Positions 40,620 to 54,416 of a stretch of DNA of 64,000 nucleotides are shown here, piece after piece. The translations under genes were made by a program, and so were the position numbers. This DNA comes from Setoptus koraiensis. Taxonomy: Eukaryota; Animalia; Arthropoda. Location of the stretch: NCBI GenBank assembly GCA_048013815.1, contig CM106586.1:2418001-2482000 (forward strand), in the 5' to 3' direction. Each line of letters opens with the position of its first letter. The stretch's first letter is position 1. Under the pieces are notes generated by a model. That model searched no databases and was not told the DNA's origin. It saw only the letters and a list, made by a program, of their open reading frames with translations.

Positions 40620-41590
40620 GCTATAGGCTGGCCGGTGGTGGCAAGCGATAAAAAATGTCGTCGTAAAAAGAAAAATCGCTTTTTGACACGGTGCCAAGTG
40701 GCCACAGGCCGGCTTGTCATGATGCAACATGAACGCAGCAGATGCAGTTGTTGTTGCTTGTGGCCAGTGGCTTGTGGCAACAACAACAACAACAACTTTG
40801 CTAGTAAACAAAGCTAGTGTTGTTGCAGTATCACCGCCACTGGCCAATACATACGCTGGCCGTAGCTGGCCAATAGTACATATGAGCTCATGTACTATTG
40901 GCCAGTTAATTTATGGCTACCAGTAGCCGCGAATGGCATGCGCGTGATTTGTGTTATGTCATACATCTCGCAACAGTAAACACTTTGAAATTGGTTATAG
41001 AGACTGCTGCCCACAGAAAGTCATCAACTACCACTACAGAGCAATAATTACAAATGCAACAACAACAACAACAACAGCAACAACCCAACTGGCAACAACA
41101 AACTATATATTGTATAGATCGGCCAGAGAAGACACACACACACACAGGGCCCACTAAGGTAAAGGGTGATTCAACTGAAACCTGACCACTTTTTGTCTAT
41201 TGGCTGGCCAGTTGTTGCCGGCGCGGCCGAGTGCAGCTGAGCAGGCGATTTTGATTTCGTTTCGATCATCGCATGTCAGTGTCTCACCAGACTACATTTA
41301 TTACATAATTTGCAGTGACTCGCAGCCATTCATTCGCGCTTCGAAGCGACTCGCAACCGCCATTGAGACAACTCATCACAGACACTCATACTCACAAAGA
41401 TTCGTAATCTCGATCGCGGCGAACAATCGCACAGTTTGCTGCAGCATGTTGCACTTGTTAGTTAACTTGACTCGCTGGGCTCTCTCTCTCTGTCTCGTTT
41501 GCTCGCCGGCTCGCTCAAGATCGGCAAAGCGCCAATCAAGGACACCTAATGAGACTGACAACTCGATCAGCCGACAACCTTGAGCGTCGT

Positions 41591-41660
41591 CGTTCTTCGT
41601 CATTCTCGGCCATTCTTCGTCATTCTTCGCCATTCTTCGCCATTCTTCGCCATCCTTCGC
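41591..41660. repeat. 10-bp tandem repeat (CATTCTTCGC)x7
   Basis: cgttcttcgt cattctcggc cattcttcgt cattcttcgc cattcttcgc cattcttcgc catccttcgc. Confidence 0.9.
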
Positions 41661-42279
41661 TGTGCCCAATGGCAAGCTCGTTTCTTTTCCGACGCACCGA
41701 TAGCCGGGCCAGCCTAGTGCTAGTTGCAGTGTGGCAAGTGTTGCGCAAGTGCTTTTTGCGAGCAAACAACAAGTGATCGCCCAACTCTAACAAGTGTCCA
41801 GTGTTTCGCAAAGATCACAGTGTGACCATCGCTAGTGACCACAAGTGAGCCAATCAACCAATGGCTCACTCCGAGAATGCGCACACATCTCCACATACTC
41901 TGTGGCTTGTCGTGTTTGCGGGCGGAAGTATTAAAAATTGCTGTTGCATGATAGGCCTGGCAAACATGATAATCTCATAATGCTGATATGTCTGACATGC
42001 AACAGTGTACATGTAGCCAACTGTCGATACAAGCATCAGCTCTGGCCAGTCTGCACTACGGGCAGCTTCCTGTGTTTTTGTTCATTGGGCTTGCGTGGTC
42101 ACACGCCAGCCCAATGAACGTCTACAGCATCAATTGTTCGAGCGCCGCAACGCCGGGGCCCTAACCACTAATTACAATGACAACTAATTAGGTCCGTCGC
42201 TGACCATATGATGGCGCACATTTGCGCACACACACCTGTCTCACAATCACACCTTTCCTTATGGGTGGCTAATTGAAAC

Positions 42280-42304
42280 CACACACACACACACACACAC
42301 ACAC
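42280..42304. repeat. (CA)n microsatellite
   Basis: Read directly. Confidence 0.9.
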
Positions 42305-45300
42305 TTTTGTATACATTATTTCATGCGCATACACCACCGGCTAAATATATCCTAATTATAAGCTCCCATTTTCCGTATTTTTGTCTTGTCGTTTGCGTGC
42401 GCCCGTCCGACTAACTGCGTGATCAATGACGACCATACAATAAGTATAAGGTGGCTGTACAGGTTGCAATTAGTCACGATCATGACACCACGCAAACAGT
42501 GCCGCTACATTCGGACAATTTTCAAGTGTGTGCAAGTGTGTGAATTTGGCTGGCTGTTTTACATTCAACAACTAGTGTTATGTTTCAAACCAAACAAACA
42601 CACACATAATAAAAACACACACTAAACACTTGCGAGAATTGTGTTAAAAGCTCGTGCATAAGCGGGCCACTTTTGCCACCAGCCAGCCAGCCCAACAAAT
42701 ATGATAATGAAATTCGGCGTCTTGCCAGCAGCAGGCCGAGAGATGTATCAAGTTTCAAGCTGCAAGTTTTAAGCCGCCGACTCTTTTGTTGGCTGTTACC
42801 CGGCAGCTATCAACAGCCAAGCAACGGGTTAGCTGGCGCCGTCAGCTGATAAAGATAAGCCTCTTGTTGTTGGCGCTAAGCTTGTGCCTGCGCCGAGAAG
42901 AAGCCCCCTAAAGAGAATAATGGAGTTACGGATAGAGCGGTGGTATGTAATTATCGTCTAATCGTATCATCAGCATCCATGGCAACCGGCGCTGCAGTCG
43001 TCGTCGTCGTCTTCGTATAGTCGTAAAGTGGCAACTAAAGTCATAAATAAAGAGCCTGTAATTGACAAGACAACTACCCTTCTTCTTCGTGTTCTTTTTC
43101 TTTGTCATTCCTTGCCTGCTGTCAATTCGCTATGTTGTTGTTTTGCTTGTTTCTCTTGTCACCTCGATATGCATTTGTTTGCCATTTTGCAGGCAGGCAC
43201 GCAGGCTGACTGGCTGACTGGCTGGCTGGCTGGCGTGTCATTGCTCACAACCGCATTAGCTCTGTCATTATCCGTCTCTGCTGCCTATCTGTTGTTAATT
43301 ATCATTGTGTGTTTCTGATAATAACTCATGCTAATATTCACAGGTGGATGTGTGCGTGTCATCGCACACAGGTGAACATGAACAATAATAACAGAAACAA
43401 TGGCAATGAGATGCTAGCACCATACTAATACCATTGTCTGACAATGGCCACTTCCAGCAGCAACCATAAAGGAGCGCAGCCCAATTTGAATAATGCGCAC
43501 AGATATGCTCTGGAGTGAAAAATTTGGTCGAGTTTCGCATCATCGTCGCGACAATTGTACACTTTTGTCAGCCCATTATCGTTCGCCCGCCAAACTTTGC
43601 CTTTGGCGCCATTCTATACGAGCGAACTAGCCAGACTCTGGTTACCAGAGCGAGCTCGCTAATCTGATGGTGAGACAACGGAAACGACAAAAACGCGCGC
43701 GCGAGAAATATGATCGCTTCGCTCGATGATTGTCGAACTCATGCCGATGATGATTTAATGACTTGATGGCATACACACGCACTCAAACACATATAAACAA
43801 ACAACAACTAACAAACAATATAAATAATAGAGATAATACAATTGTGGTTTGCGCAAATCAACACCATTAATCATCCTGCTCGATCAGTGTGTGCTATACT
43901 GTCGCTGACAATCACAGAGCGCACCATCAACGTCAAAGTTGGTTAGCTATGATTTGATAAAATTAATTGGCTAGAGAAAGACATTAAACTGTTGGCTGGG
44001 AAGAGCGTTCAAACTGGATAGAGAAGCGTCGTATTGGCAACACACATCCAGCCATTGAGTTGTGGCACAACAATAAGCGGAACAAAGAAGCCACACGATA
44101 AACAAGAATGTATTATAAGAATGTATTATCTGGATAGGCAAACATTACTATTACCATTATTATTATCAGTATCAAAGCTTTGTTTGCATTGTCAGTTATC
44201 AATCATATTACGACGATCATCTTTGGGGAGCCGACGAGCAGCAATTATCGGTTTGCATTATAATCATTAATGTTGTTGCTACTGCTGCCGCCGCCACGAG
44301 ACCAGCAGAGTCGCTTGGTCGCACAAATTGAGAGCTTGAATATTAATTTCAATTGACTGCCAGTGATAACAACATAACGGTGTTTTGTCGGTCATTAGAC
44401 CACAATTTGATTGATTGACTCTCTGTTGGCTCATAGGTAGCTCATCATATGCTATCTGAGAACCGATGAAAGCGAGCCAGTTCTTCTTGTATCATTCGCC
44501 TTCTTGTATCTACCAATCATCGGCCAACCAAACAGCCAATCAAAATGTCTTAAAACTGCTGCTAATCTACACTGTAATGTATCAGTTATATTGATAAATA
44601 ATCAGCGAATAATCACTGCCAAACGATTATGATCGGTCGTAAAATATTTGATAGTAAAAAAAAAATAATCAGTTTTACACTGAACAGTAGGCAAAACAGT
44701 TTGATAAGAACAAAACAACAAAGATCCCCTTAGCGGTGCTCACAATAAAGATTGTAACTGCTAACAGTTGTAACTAAGCGTGAAACTTTTATAATTCAAG
44801 CTGCCAGACTAGATACGGAAGATACTACGAACAAACAAAAATCTGTTAGTTACTCTATCTAATATGCAATAATATGCAGCTCAGCAAATTTTACACACTT
44901 GAGAATTAACATTGTAAATGTTGCTCAGCCAGATATTATGAGTGCTCGCGTGTTAAAGCAGCCACTTCGTAACAATAGCAACGTAATTATTTATACATTT
45001 CAATTACAATTTGCCAGCCAACACTCACAACTCGGACGAGTTAGCTCGCGAAGCTGATAAACTAGAATAATTTAAGCAAATGTAGCTGCTTGTCATTAGC
45101 ATAATCATCACAAGTTTAGTCACGAGCATAATTAGAGCGCCACAAAATTTACACGTACCAGTACCACGCTGTCACTAATACGATTCTAATTTATGATAGA
45201 TTGTTGTCGTTTATCTTTATTTATTACACGCTAGCCGTTCAATGGCTGGACAGTCTCGATTGTCGTTGTCTCATCTTTGCACGAGACTTTATTTTGACAG

Positions 45301-46271
45301 GCCCCGTTCAAGAGCGAAACACTGACAACAAGAAAGATTAATCTTGACGGTGGCCTTAACGGTGGTAGCGGTTGATTTGCCTAATTGTGTTTAATTTAAG
45401 TTACTAGTTAATTAGTCTGGTCAACTAATAATAGTCGAGCGAGGTCATTAAACATATATTAGCAATGAAAATTCTCATCGGCAAAACGCAACCCAGTGCG
45501 CTTGTAAAAAGTCACCATTCAGTATTGGTTCATTTTCGAGATTTTACAATTGGTTGGACAGGTTTATTTCAGGTGGACGACTCCTTTCAATAGCGCTAAA
45601 AACAGAGATACCTGAATAGGAAACTTGGCTCGCTCCACAAGACAGCTCGTTGATGATACTGAAATATGATTATTGTAGTATTTTTTCGAAAAGCACGTTC
45701 GTCTGAGGTTGTAAGCAGACCATGAGCATGGAAATATTGTTACCTTGGCATTGTTAAACTCCAACTAACGCGCAGTGTATGTAACAATTACGATGACCAT
45801 TGTCCACTTTTTTGACCTTTGCTTGACTTTGAGATGATGATGGTTCTAGATGAAAATTTGCAACTTCTCTAAGTATCTACAATTCATGCCGATATCGTCA
45901 CTAAGATGATACCGTCAGTGGTTATCTATTCTGATCAAGTCAGAATAGATGTCAGATGTGTTACGAGGGCCCGGAGAAGAGATTGATGCCAATTATAGCT
46001 GTCAGGTGTTTTGGTATGGACATTTGGTGTAGCCTATAATTAGGACTTACGCAAACCATTTGTATATTAGCTTCTTACGAGCAAGCATTGAGACCCTGTC
46101 TCGATTTCTCAGCAGAAGCGAGACAGAAAAGGTTGATATTTTAGTTTAACGGCACATCTCTCTGGTTGAACGTGTGTGTCAACTCTAGATTATTGAAGCA
46201 AACAAAGCAAGTGAATCTAGCAACCCTAAAGAGCCATCGTATTATCTCGTTATTATTTTCAATTGGTGGTC

Positions 46272-47168
46272 TCATGCAGATTTTTTATTCGTATTTGATC
46301 GGGGTTTTCTTTTTTGATTTGATTTTTGCTTAATGTGCATCAGCCCCTTCAGTCCAACCAATTTTCTAGGTTTGTGTTTTGCCACCTTCTTGCTTGGTTC
46401 TTGACCATTACTGGAAAGCTTGGTCTCATCCACAACATTGGTGACTCTAAGAGCACGATTTCTAAATCTGTGCTGGTCCAATTGCAGCGCCTTGTTCACT
46501 GTGGCTCGGTCTTTGAAACAAACAAATCCAAAGCCCTTGCCTAAGCCAGTGGTTTGATCACGGACAATACGAACACCGTCAATGGGGCCACATTTTTCGA
46601 AGTATGTATAAACTTCGTCATCCTTGGCATCAAATGGCAAATTGCCTATGAAGACGGACTTTTTTCTGCTCACTTTCACCTTATGTTTCTGTGATTTTGG
46701 CTTAGAGGCCCTATCCACTCTTATATGGTGTTCGTCAACTAATAGTCCATTTTTGGCTAGTGCATTTTTCATCGGAACATCATCTGGATTTGATTTGAAG
46801 ACGACATAGGCATTAAATGAGTCTATCCTACCGTGTATCTGTTTAGTTATTGATGCCACCCTCTTTGAAAGTTTCTTCTTGTCGGGCGCAACAGACCTTA
46901 TTCTCACTGACTCTATATCACCACAATCTCTGAAAAGTTTTCTTATAGTTCTAGTGGTCATTGTCTTTGGCAAATTGCCCACAAAAACAGTCCTGTTATT
47001 CTTTTCAACGTTGAACTTTGGTGGGCGCTTCAACTTTGTCGGGTTGCTGCGGGCTTCTCCAGTATCCTCATTGTCATCATCATCTTCATCCATGTTGTCC
47101 TCCTCTTCCTCTTCAAAATTGTCGCCCTCATCTTCCTCATAATCTGATGCAATTTTATTCCTAGTCAT
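46272..47168 (-). CDS. RBM34: RNA-binding protein 34 / Nop12 (two RRMs), intronless
   Basis: Acidic N-terminus; RRM1 RTVFVGNLP...GDIESVRIRS...NAYVVF...HHIRVD; RRM2 SVFIGNLPF...VRIVRDQTTGLGKGFGFVCF; Lys-rich tail. Confidence 0.9.
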   Translation of the reverse strand: MTRNKIASDYEEDEGDNFEEEEEDNMDEDDDDNEDTGEARSNPTKLKRPPKFNVEKNNRTVFVGNLPKTMTTRTIRKLFRDCGDIESVRIRSVAPDKKKLSKRVASITKQIHGRIDSFNAYVVFKSNPDDVPMKNALAKNGLLVDEHHIRVDRASKPKSQKHKVKVSRKKSVFIGNLPFDAKDDEVYTYFEKCGPIDGVRIVRDQTTGLGKGFGFVCFKDRATVNKALQLDQHRFRNRALRVTNVVDETKLSSNGQEPSKKVAKHKPRKLVGLKGLMHIKQKSNQKRKPRSNTNKKSA

Positions 47169-47810
47169 TCTGATACAATGATATGATATAATATTAGATG
47201 ATAAGAGATGATATAAGCCGTTTTTCGATCAGTTTCGAGCAGTTTAGCTTTGCTGCATGGGGTGATTAATTATGGAAAAAAAAAACACGTTTTTGTGTTA
47301 TTGTCAATAGTGAAGCAGGTGCTTCGGGCGCGCGATTCAAATGCAATAATGTTACGTAATGAGTAACAAAAGACTTCACCAATAGTTTATACAGTTAGTT
47401 TAGAACGCCATTGTTTCATTATTATTAGATTCATTTTGCAACATCGATTGTTGGTGTTGGTAAGTTACATTCATTGATGGATTAGAACGGGATCCAATTC
47501 TCATTGGTTGACTTGTTGTGTTGCTCTGAATAAAATTAGGTGAAAAGGATGTATACTGAATGTTGTATTTATTTTTTGTTTGTTGGAAATGGACCTGTCG
47601 GTGCCTGATTCTGAGATGCCTGATATCTAGATATTGGCAGTCGCTGTCGCGACCTATGCTGATGTGTAGGGCACATTTCTAACAGGTTGATGAATTTGCC
47701 TCACTGGCCCAGCGGCATTATTAGTAGCGTAACCGATGGCCGCACCAAAAAATCAACCAATCAACCAACCAGAAACGAAAGATGGAGCGGGTAAACGATT
47801 ATCCAGGTCC

Positions 47811-48526
47811 GACTCAACTCGTCGAGATCTACAAGAGTAGACCCACCTGAAAATCTGAGAGTTAAAGTCACCTAGCTTACCTTGTGAGATAGGACTGGTA
47901 TTTTATATTAATACCTAAGTATTGTGTCGGAACCAGCTCAACTCGCCACAACCGCCCTTATCGATTCAAACTCTTTTCTCCTTTCTCGGAAACTGATCCA
48001 AATACGCAAACTGAAAGACTCTTTGACATCGGGAGCGGGTTGTTCGCCCACTACGCGACGAAATGATCTTCTACAAAATTTCGTTAGAAGCGAAAGTTTG
48101 CTCCACAACATTATGTCGATTTCTATAATCTCTAAATTGAAACTAAATGCAAACAAATCAACCGTTTCTTTCACTAACAAGCTAATCTAGGTGAACAAGA
48201 CTCGAAGATTTTTTTTATGTGTCTATTTTTGTAGATTTCGACGAGCTGAGTCAAACTCGAACAACCATTTGAACCTGATTTGTTATTAGTTTTTGCAATA
48301 TTAAGGTTGATTCACTGGTTATTCTACTAAATACAAGATCAAGACTGTTATGTACAGGAGACCAGCTTGCTTTGGAGCCTTGACAGGTCGATGTGTCTGC
48401 TAAAGAATGCTTTTAGGCACAAAATCCAGAAGAGACCAGGATATTTCAAAAAGACAAAGTTGTTCGGGTCGACTCAGTTCGTCGAGATGTATAGAGATCG
48501 ACCCATTAGAAAATATCTGAGAGTTA
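47811..48526. repeat. Three diverged copies of one motif: 47811..47864 (+), 48221..48265 (-), 48459..48526 (+); possible MITE or TIR remnant
   Basis: 47811..47842 and 48221..48252 are inverted repeats matching at 28 of 32 positions. The third copy is a direct repeat of the first (gactca..cgtcgagat..gaccca..atctgagagtta). No target-site duplication found. Confidence 0.7.
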
Positions 48527-48804
48527 TGTTCTCTTAGGTTATATTTTAAAAGGGATAGCTCACTTCATAGGCTCTCTAGTTTCATTGGCAAATAGCACCA
48601 TAGAAAAAGAGCGAGTTGAAGCGGATGAGGTTTAGGTAATTTAATCCATTCTATCATCATCACAGTCGATGAATTGTAACTTTTGTTGTGCCGTAGTGTT
48701 AGAGTAATTTTAATCATGATGACGAAAATGATTGATTAGTTACTATGCATGCCTGTGCGTGTTTGTTACTCTTCTATGACAATTGTTATTGGTTCTTGTC
48801 GATG

Positions 48805-49942
48805 CTAGAAGAAATTGCTAACTTGCAAAATCGGCATAATATAAAATTTGGACTTTGGAGGCGACTCTGGGAAGCGTTCCAATTTTTTGCAATTCTCTAG
48901 CACTTTTGGCGACTCTAAATCTGGACAAAATGAGCCAGAGGCGTCGCCCATATTTGAGTCGACATATTGTGTCATAACATCGGTGTGCTCGACGCATTCA
49001 GGTTTGAGGGCCTCGAGAAATTCCTAGTACAATGGATTAGTGTAACGTTATAAGAAGGGTAATGATGGTATATTGAGTGGGATGGAAGAGAATTGTTAAT
49101 AGTTAGCCTTTTGAAATAATCAACAGTGCACTAAAGTCAGTCGATGTAATTGCCGGTAGTCGAGCTCACCTTCCTTATGGCCGCTATTGCACAACAGGCG
49201 TGTTGAACCTGCTGATCTCCTGTGATATTTTTAAACGTTTCTCCATTGGTCAGAATGGCCTCTGCCGACATTATTGCCTTTCTTTCTGCCTGTTTCAAAG
49301 AGTTCACTCGGTGTTTGTATAGACACTTTGAGGCACTCAAGATAGCCTTACTGAGGCCGTCGTCTGATGGTGACGATGAGCACACTTGCTTAACGAATTT
49401 CGCTCTAGTACCTAGAACAGCCGAGGCAACAACTTTTTGTACTTTTGTCAAGCATCTAATATACAAACGGAAACATTTAATGGCATCCTGATTTCTCTTG
49501 CATGACGCCTGTAGACTTGCCTGGTCTTTGGGCCAGGCAAAGTCACTGAGTAAAAAGCTATAGCCTTGAGAGACGCTGCATTCCTCCAAGACCTCCAAAT
49601 GTCGACTACAGTTAACCGGGCTAGTGATGATGGTATTCAGATTGAATGTTGACTTTGCTGGCGATGTGCTTGAGGCCCTAGTTCTAGTTGCAAAGCTGGT
49701 TGATATGGCCGTTGCAGCGAGACAGGCTAGAACTACTCATAAAGCAAGGTTTACATAAAAACAAAAAAAGAGAGGCATTTGCTAAATTGTGAATGATTTT
49801 TATGAAAAAAAAAACTGGCTCAAGTTGGTTAGTCGATATGAGATCTCCTATGGAGGGGCTTTTCGATTAAATTTTCTACTCAATCGGTGCTTATTTTTCA
49901 AAACTCACCCAGACAGACATAGTTAGAAAATATTGTTGTCAT
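48805..49942 (-). CDS. Secreted 12-cysteine protein, paralog A; exons 49942..49909, 49732..49170, 49023..48805
   Basis: GT-AG introns join MTTIFSNYVCL|VLACLAATAIS (signal peptide)...HACCAIAAIRK|EFLEALKPECVEH...FYIMPILQVSNFF in frame. Cys spacing matches paralog B. Confidence 0.8.
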
Positions 49943-50620
49943 GATGATGTGATTTTGTTTTCTGTCGGCTGATTGCTGTGACTTGAATGTTGCTCGGTCT
50001 ATGTAAGTTGAACAAGTCGTGATATTCAACCGACTATATTAATTCAGCCAAAGATTTTCACCGATTGCCGCTTGATTTGTTTTTTAGTTTTTTTGCCAGT
50101 GTTGTTGAATTCGTTGCTGTACCTGTTGTTGTTGTACCTGTTGTTGATGAGGTTGTCGACGAGTAATTAGCGGTGATTGGCGCAGTTGATCTGTAGTGGG
50201 GTGACACCACCAATGCGACGACTGTATTTGCTTGATTATGTACAAAAAATAATTTCACTTGAAAAACGGCAACCTATCAACACGACATAATCTTGATATA
50301 TCTATAAATATTTATTTTTGAGCACTGAAATTGTCGTATTTGTAAGTGTTTGAGCGAGAGTGTCTTTCATATGAGTTATTGATCTGTCTTTTCTTCATTC
50401 CCTTCGTCGTTTCGCGTCAACTGATCGTCATCACCGGGAGCGGTTGTGGTGGCAACGGCACCACTACTACCATCAAGCTACCATAGATGGGAGACATTTG
50501 GCTGGCTAGTTTACTATTGATGAACGAGGAAAGGGCAAGTAGTCTAGTCTCTAGACTGTTGCTAATAATGAGTAGTTCCTGTATAGTATTCTAACCTTGA
50601 AAAGAGAGACAGAGAAACAG

Positions 50621-50623
<3 letters not shown>

Positions 50624-50654
<31 letters not shown>
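50624..50654. repeat. (GA)n microsatellite
   Basis: Read directly. Confidence 0.9.
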
Positions 50655-50657
<3 letters not shown>

Positions 50658-51959
50658 AGACTTAATTGCCATCGGAGTAGTTGCCTACGATATAATGAAA
50701 GTGCCTGACATCATCACGCCAGTAACTATCTGACTTTTTGTTATTGATTACACAAATCATGACAAGATCATCCCAAAATAATCATCTGTAATCTGCTATC
50801 TCTGGGCAAATAACCAAGCAACAACTTTGCATCTTATTACCAACGCAGGCACTCGCTTTAGTTGTTAAATAAATATCTATATTTAAATATATATGTATCA
50901 CAATCAAGTTAATGTCCGCCATCGATGGTCCTAATGGCACGTTTAGCATTTGGCCACAGTTGTTTTCGTTGTTTTTGGACACTAACAAACTATAAGTATC
51001 AATTATTTTATGCTAATTTTTCCCCACACTAAAATCTCTTTCTTGCAGCTTTGCCGTCGGATGAGGAGGATACATCGCTCGCATCATCCTGTCATCTTGA
51101 TAACTTTATATAAAGCGACATAGAGCCATGTCCAACAATTATTTTCATGGTTATGTGCACAGGTATATTACTCACTGCCTATTATCATGGATATTAATAG
51201 GCATCATATTGGTATGATATCTTCTTATAGCGAGGCTGTCTCTCAATAAGTAAAAGTGTTGAGTCAGTCAAAATCTTCGACTGGTGACCTTTGACTATGG
51301 ATTTATGATGTAATCTATGGAGAGAGCCATAGGCAGCTATCGAATCATTCAGCATAAAAAATAGCAATCTGCGAAAAGCTCAATTTTGGGCAAGCATATA
51401 AATGTGATAATAATACTTCCAACATGCCGTTGGTTTCCGTCGACTGTCTAGCTAACAACTCACAACTTGTTGAGACGACAACACAGAATATGCGAGCTAT
51501 ACCTGACGGAGGGGACTAGCCCCTCTGAAAGGCTTGCTATGCACTGACGTAACACAAAAAAAGGTCGTTTCGATATAGCAAAAAGTCAGTTGGTAGTTAT
51601 TGGGTACTAGAGATTGCGAAGTGCAGGTATATTTTCTCATAAGCTTCGAGTATATTCGCTTTAAAACATTAAATCGCTTGTTAAGCTTGAGATGATACAT
51701 GAAAATTTGGCGGGTTAATTGGTTTTCCATAATTAAATATGTAGTATTTAACTAATTATAATTGAAGCTTGATCATCAGCTTACCGCTACAACACAAATG
51801 AATAAGATGTGCGAGGCACCCAAGCCTAAAGTAATCAGTTTGTCGCAGTAGTTGAATAGTAAAATTGTGCTTTTGTTATGAATGTATGACATAGTTGAAA
51901 AGTTCTTCAGAAATTGATAGATTCTAGTCTGTTGTCGTTCGATCCCGTGAACCCCTCTT

Positions 51960-53130
51960 CTATGCCTTCAGTAAATCGATGACTTGTAATATTGGACGCA
52001 CAAGGTACTTGGCCTTCAATTGTTTGGGTGAATCCAATTTGGGTAAATTGTCACAGTCTTTTGTGCTTGTTGATTCAAAATTTGGACAAATGAGGCCAAC
52101 GGTTTCGGCGAGATAAGAGTCAACCAGATCTCCAAGTGTTTGAGTGTGCTGAGCGCAAGCAGGCAGAGTGGCTTCCATAAACTCCTGTTACATTAATTAT
52201 TATAGTGATTGGTGATAAATCATGCGTCAGTTGTTGTAAGTGTCATTGGATTATTGAATTGTTGTGTAAGTATCAAAAGACAATGACGCTTGAAAGTAGT
52301 CGAATCAATTAATTACCTTTTTCACTTGGGCCACCGAACAACACGAATATTTCAACCTGTGGTCAAAACTCAACTTTGAGCTTGCTTGTACAATGGACTC
52401 CGAGAAGCGTATGGAATTCTCCTCAGCCTTCACTCCTTTCTCAGCAGAGAGGCCAGACTGAATAGGAAATAATGTGAGGACGAGAGCAACCGGTGGGTAT
52501 TTGTAAATGCTACTAGTATGAGTTGAGATGATCAGAATGTGATGAGAGCTGAATTAGGCCCTTCCTTCTCACCTTTTGCATGCATCTGTTAAGTTCTAAG
52601 AAGCGTTTGCTAACATCCGATGGTTTTTCGGCGCACAATTTCTTGTTGTATTTACTTCTATTGGTGATCATAGAGATAAGTATTCTTTCAGTCAACGGCG
52701 CCAAACATTTGGCGTAGATCTTCAAGCATCTGAAGCCGTCTGCTTGTCTTTTGCAGTCCTTCAGTAAGGCTTCGTGACTAGTCGGATAAAGGGCTTCTTG
52801 AAATCTAAATGAGAATCCCTGCATCAGGCCACACTCGTCGATAATATCAACTTTGTCCATAGTACAATTTGCTCTACCACTAGTTATGGTTTTAGTCAAA
52901 TTGAAAGTGGGACTGAGGCCCAAGCGTGACTGTGTCGCTCTGGATTCAGAGAGCACTGAATTGAAAAGAGAAACAGATCTTATGATTATTACATTTTCAA
53001 ATATTGTACCAGTTATCGAAAATGAATTGAATATTATTCTAGTTAAATTATTTATATCAGAACTGTTCTTACCTAGAATTGACATGAGACTTAATAGAGT
53101 CAACATTGTAAATTGTGATTGGCGAAACAT
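51960..53130 (-). CDS. Secreted 12-cysteine protein, paralog B; exons 53130..52573, 52457..52317, 52184..51960
   Basis: Phase-0 GT-AG introns join ...LNRCMQK|SGLSAEK...YSCCSVAQVKK|EFMEATLPAC...YLVRPILQVIDLLKA. The last intron is at the same position as in paralog A. Confidence 0.8.
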
Positions 53131-54416
53131 TTTGTGTTTGGTCGTCTTTGTCGCTGTTTGACGCTTCGGAATTTGTGAAGAAATGAAAGTGACTGTTGTT
53201 AGTGCTGCTTTGTAAGTAAGTCGTTAAGTGAACTGAATTAAATAGATCTCTAGATAGCTCCTGTAACTGTGCTCGGTTGAAAAGATTGAAGTAATTGAAT
53301 GACTTCTTGATTGGCCGATTCTATTTATATACTAGCAACAACGAGCATAACTTGTTTGAACAACAACAACAACAACAAATTGCACTTGTTTCGGCTGTCC
53401 CACTCTTGTCTCACCTCTCACCTCTTGGGTTCAGAGTATTTTTTCCTCCCCATCGCAGAGTCGTAATCACATGGGACAACACATCACATGCGACAAGATA
53501 CCGTCTAACATAAACCAAGATCAAGGGGGAGAGTGAACGAGTATCATCTCATGATTAGTATAAGACTTACTAGACGATGAAAAGGACCGCCCAGTTAATT
53601 AATTGTTTGTTTGGATTGGAAGTGATGATGTTTGTTTGCTGTCGCTATGTTAGACAACTATAACTCATGTCTGTTTGTTTCTATATGCGTGCGTGATCTT
53701 CCGTCTCTGAAGGAGATTATCGCCAGTGAATGACGGAGAAGTGGGAAAAAAATTAATAAAGATGTCGCTCATTCGACATGATCTCTCCCCCACGACAGGT
53801 TGATTGTCATAAACACAGTTGCTGACATTTGCCAGTATCGATAATCACCAACAATGCTTTCGCCTAGCCAACCTTACGAGCTTTGCACATGCAAATAAAA
53901 GACAAAATGTTTGGGCTGTCATGTAGTCACAACAATAATAAAGCTTGACTATATTAGCTTGTTAATATCATTAAAACGTTGATGCAGCTGTTGTAGACAT
54001 ACGGCGTTTGGACGTTTTCCATCTATAGATTCATGAAGAAATTTCTTGAATATAAATAAGCAGTAATTATCGAATCAATAACAACAGGTCAACAAACAAT
54101 TAACTAACTAACCATTGAACGTGACTGTCTCTTTCCCTCATTGTGTACACAAATGGTAACTAGAAAGCAAATAATAAGCAACTGTTATATTATGCACGCA
54201 ATCATTTGAGCTACACATGTATTGATTTGATCAGCCTATAGACTATTCCATAGCCAGATTGTCCATAGAGAATGTCCTTGATGTATCATTGATTGTCTAT
54301 TATACCGTGTGAACTGCTGACTAGCTGCGAGAGCTTATCGCAACCACACTCACGTATGAGATTCAAAATCAAATTTAGATCTCTAGAATGTCTACATAAT
54401 TTCATTTTGTTATTTT

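Noticed and set aside
37834-43543. Dense overlapping short ORFs in the second GC-rich core
   Set aside because: Same compositional artefact; no recognisable domain.
45560-46200. Coding-like fragments and a small hairpin (TGTCTCG...CGAGACA) downstream of RBM34
   Set aside because: Multiple stops in every frame, no identifiable family, and a 7-bp stem expected by chance.
47549-47563. GTATACTGAATGT, resembling miR-iab-4
   Set aside because: Only a 13-nt match, with no complementary hairpin arm and no Hox context.
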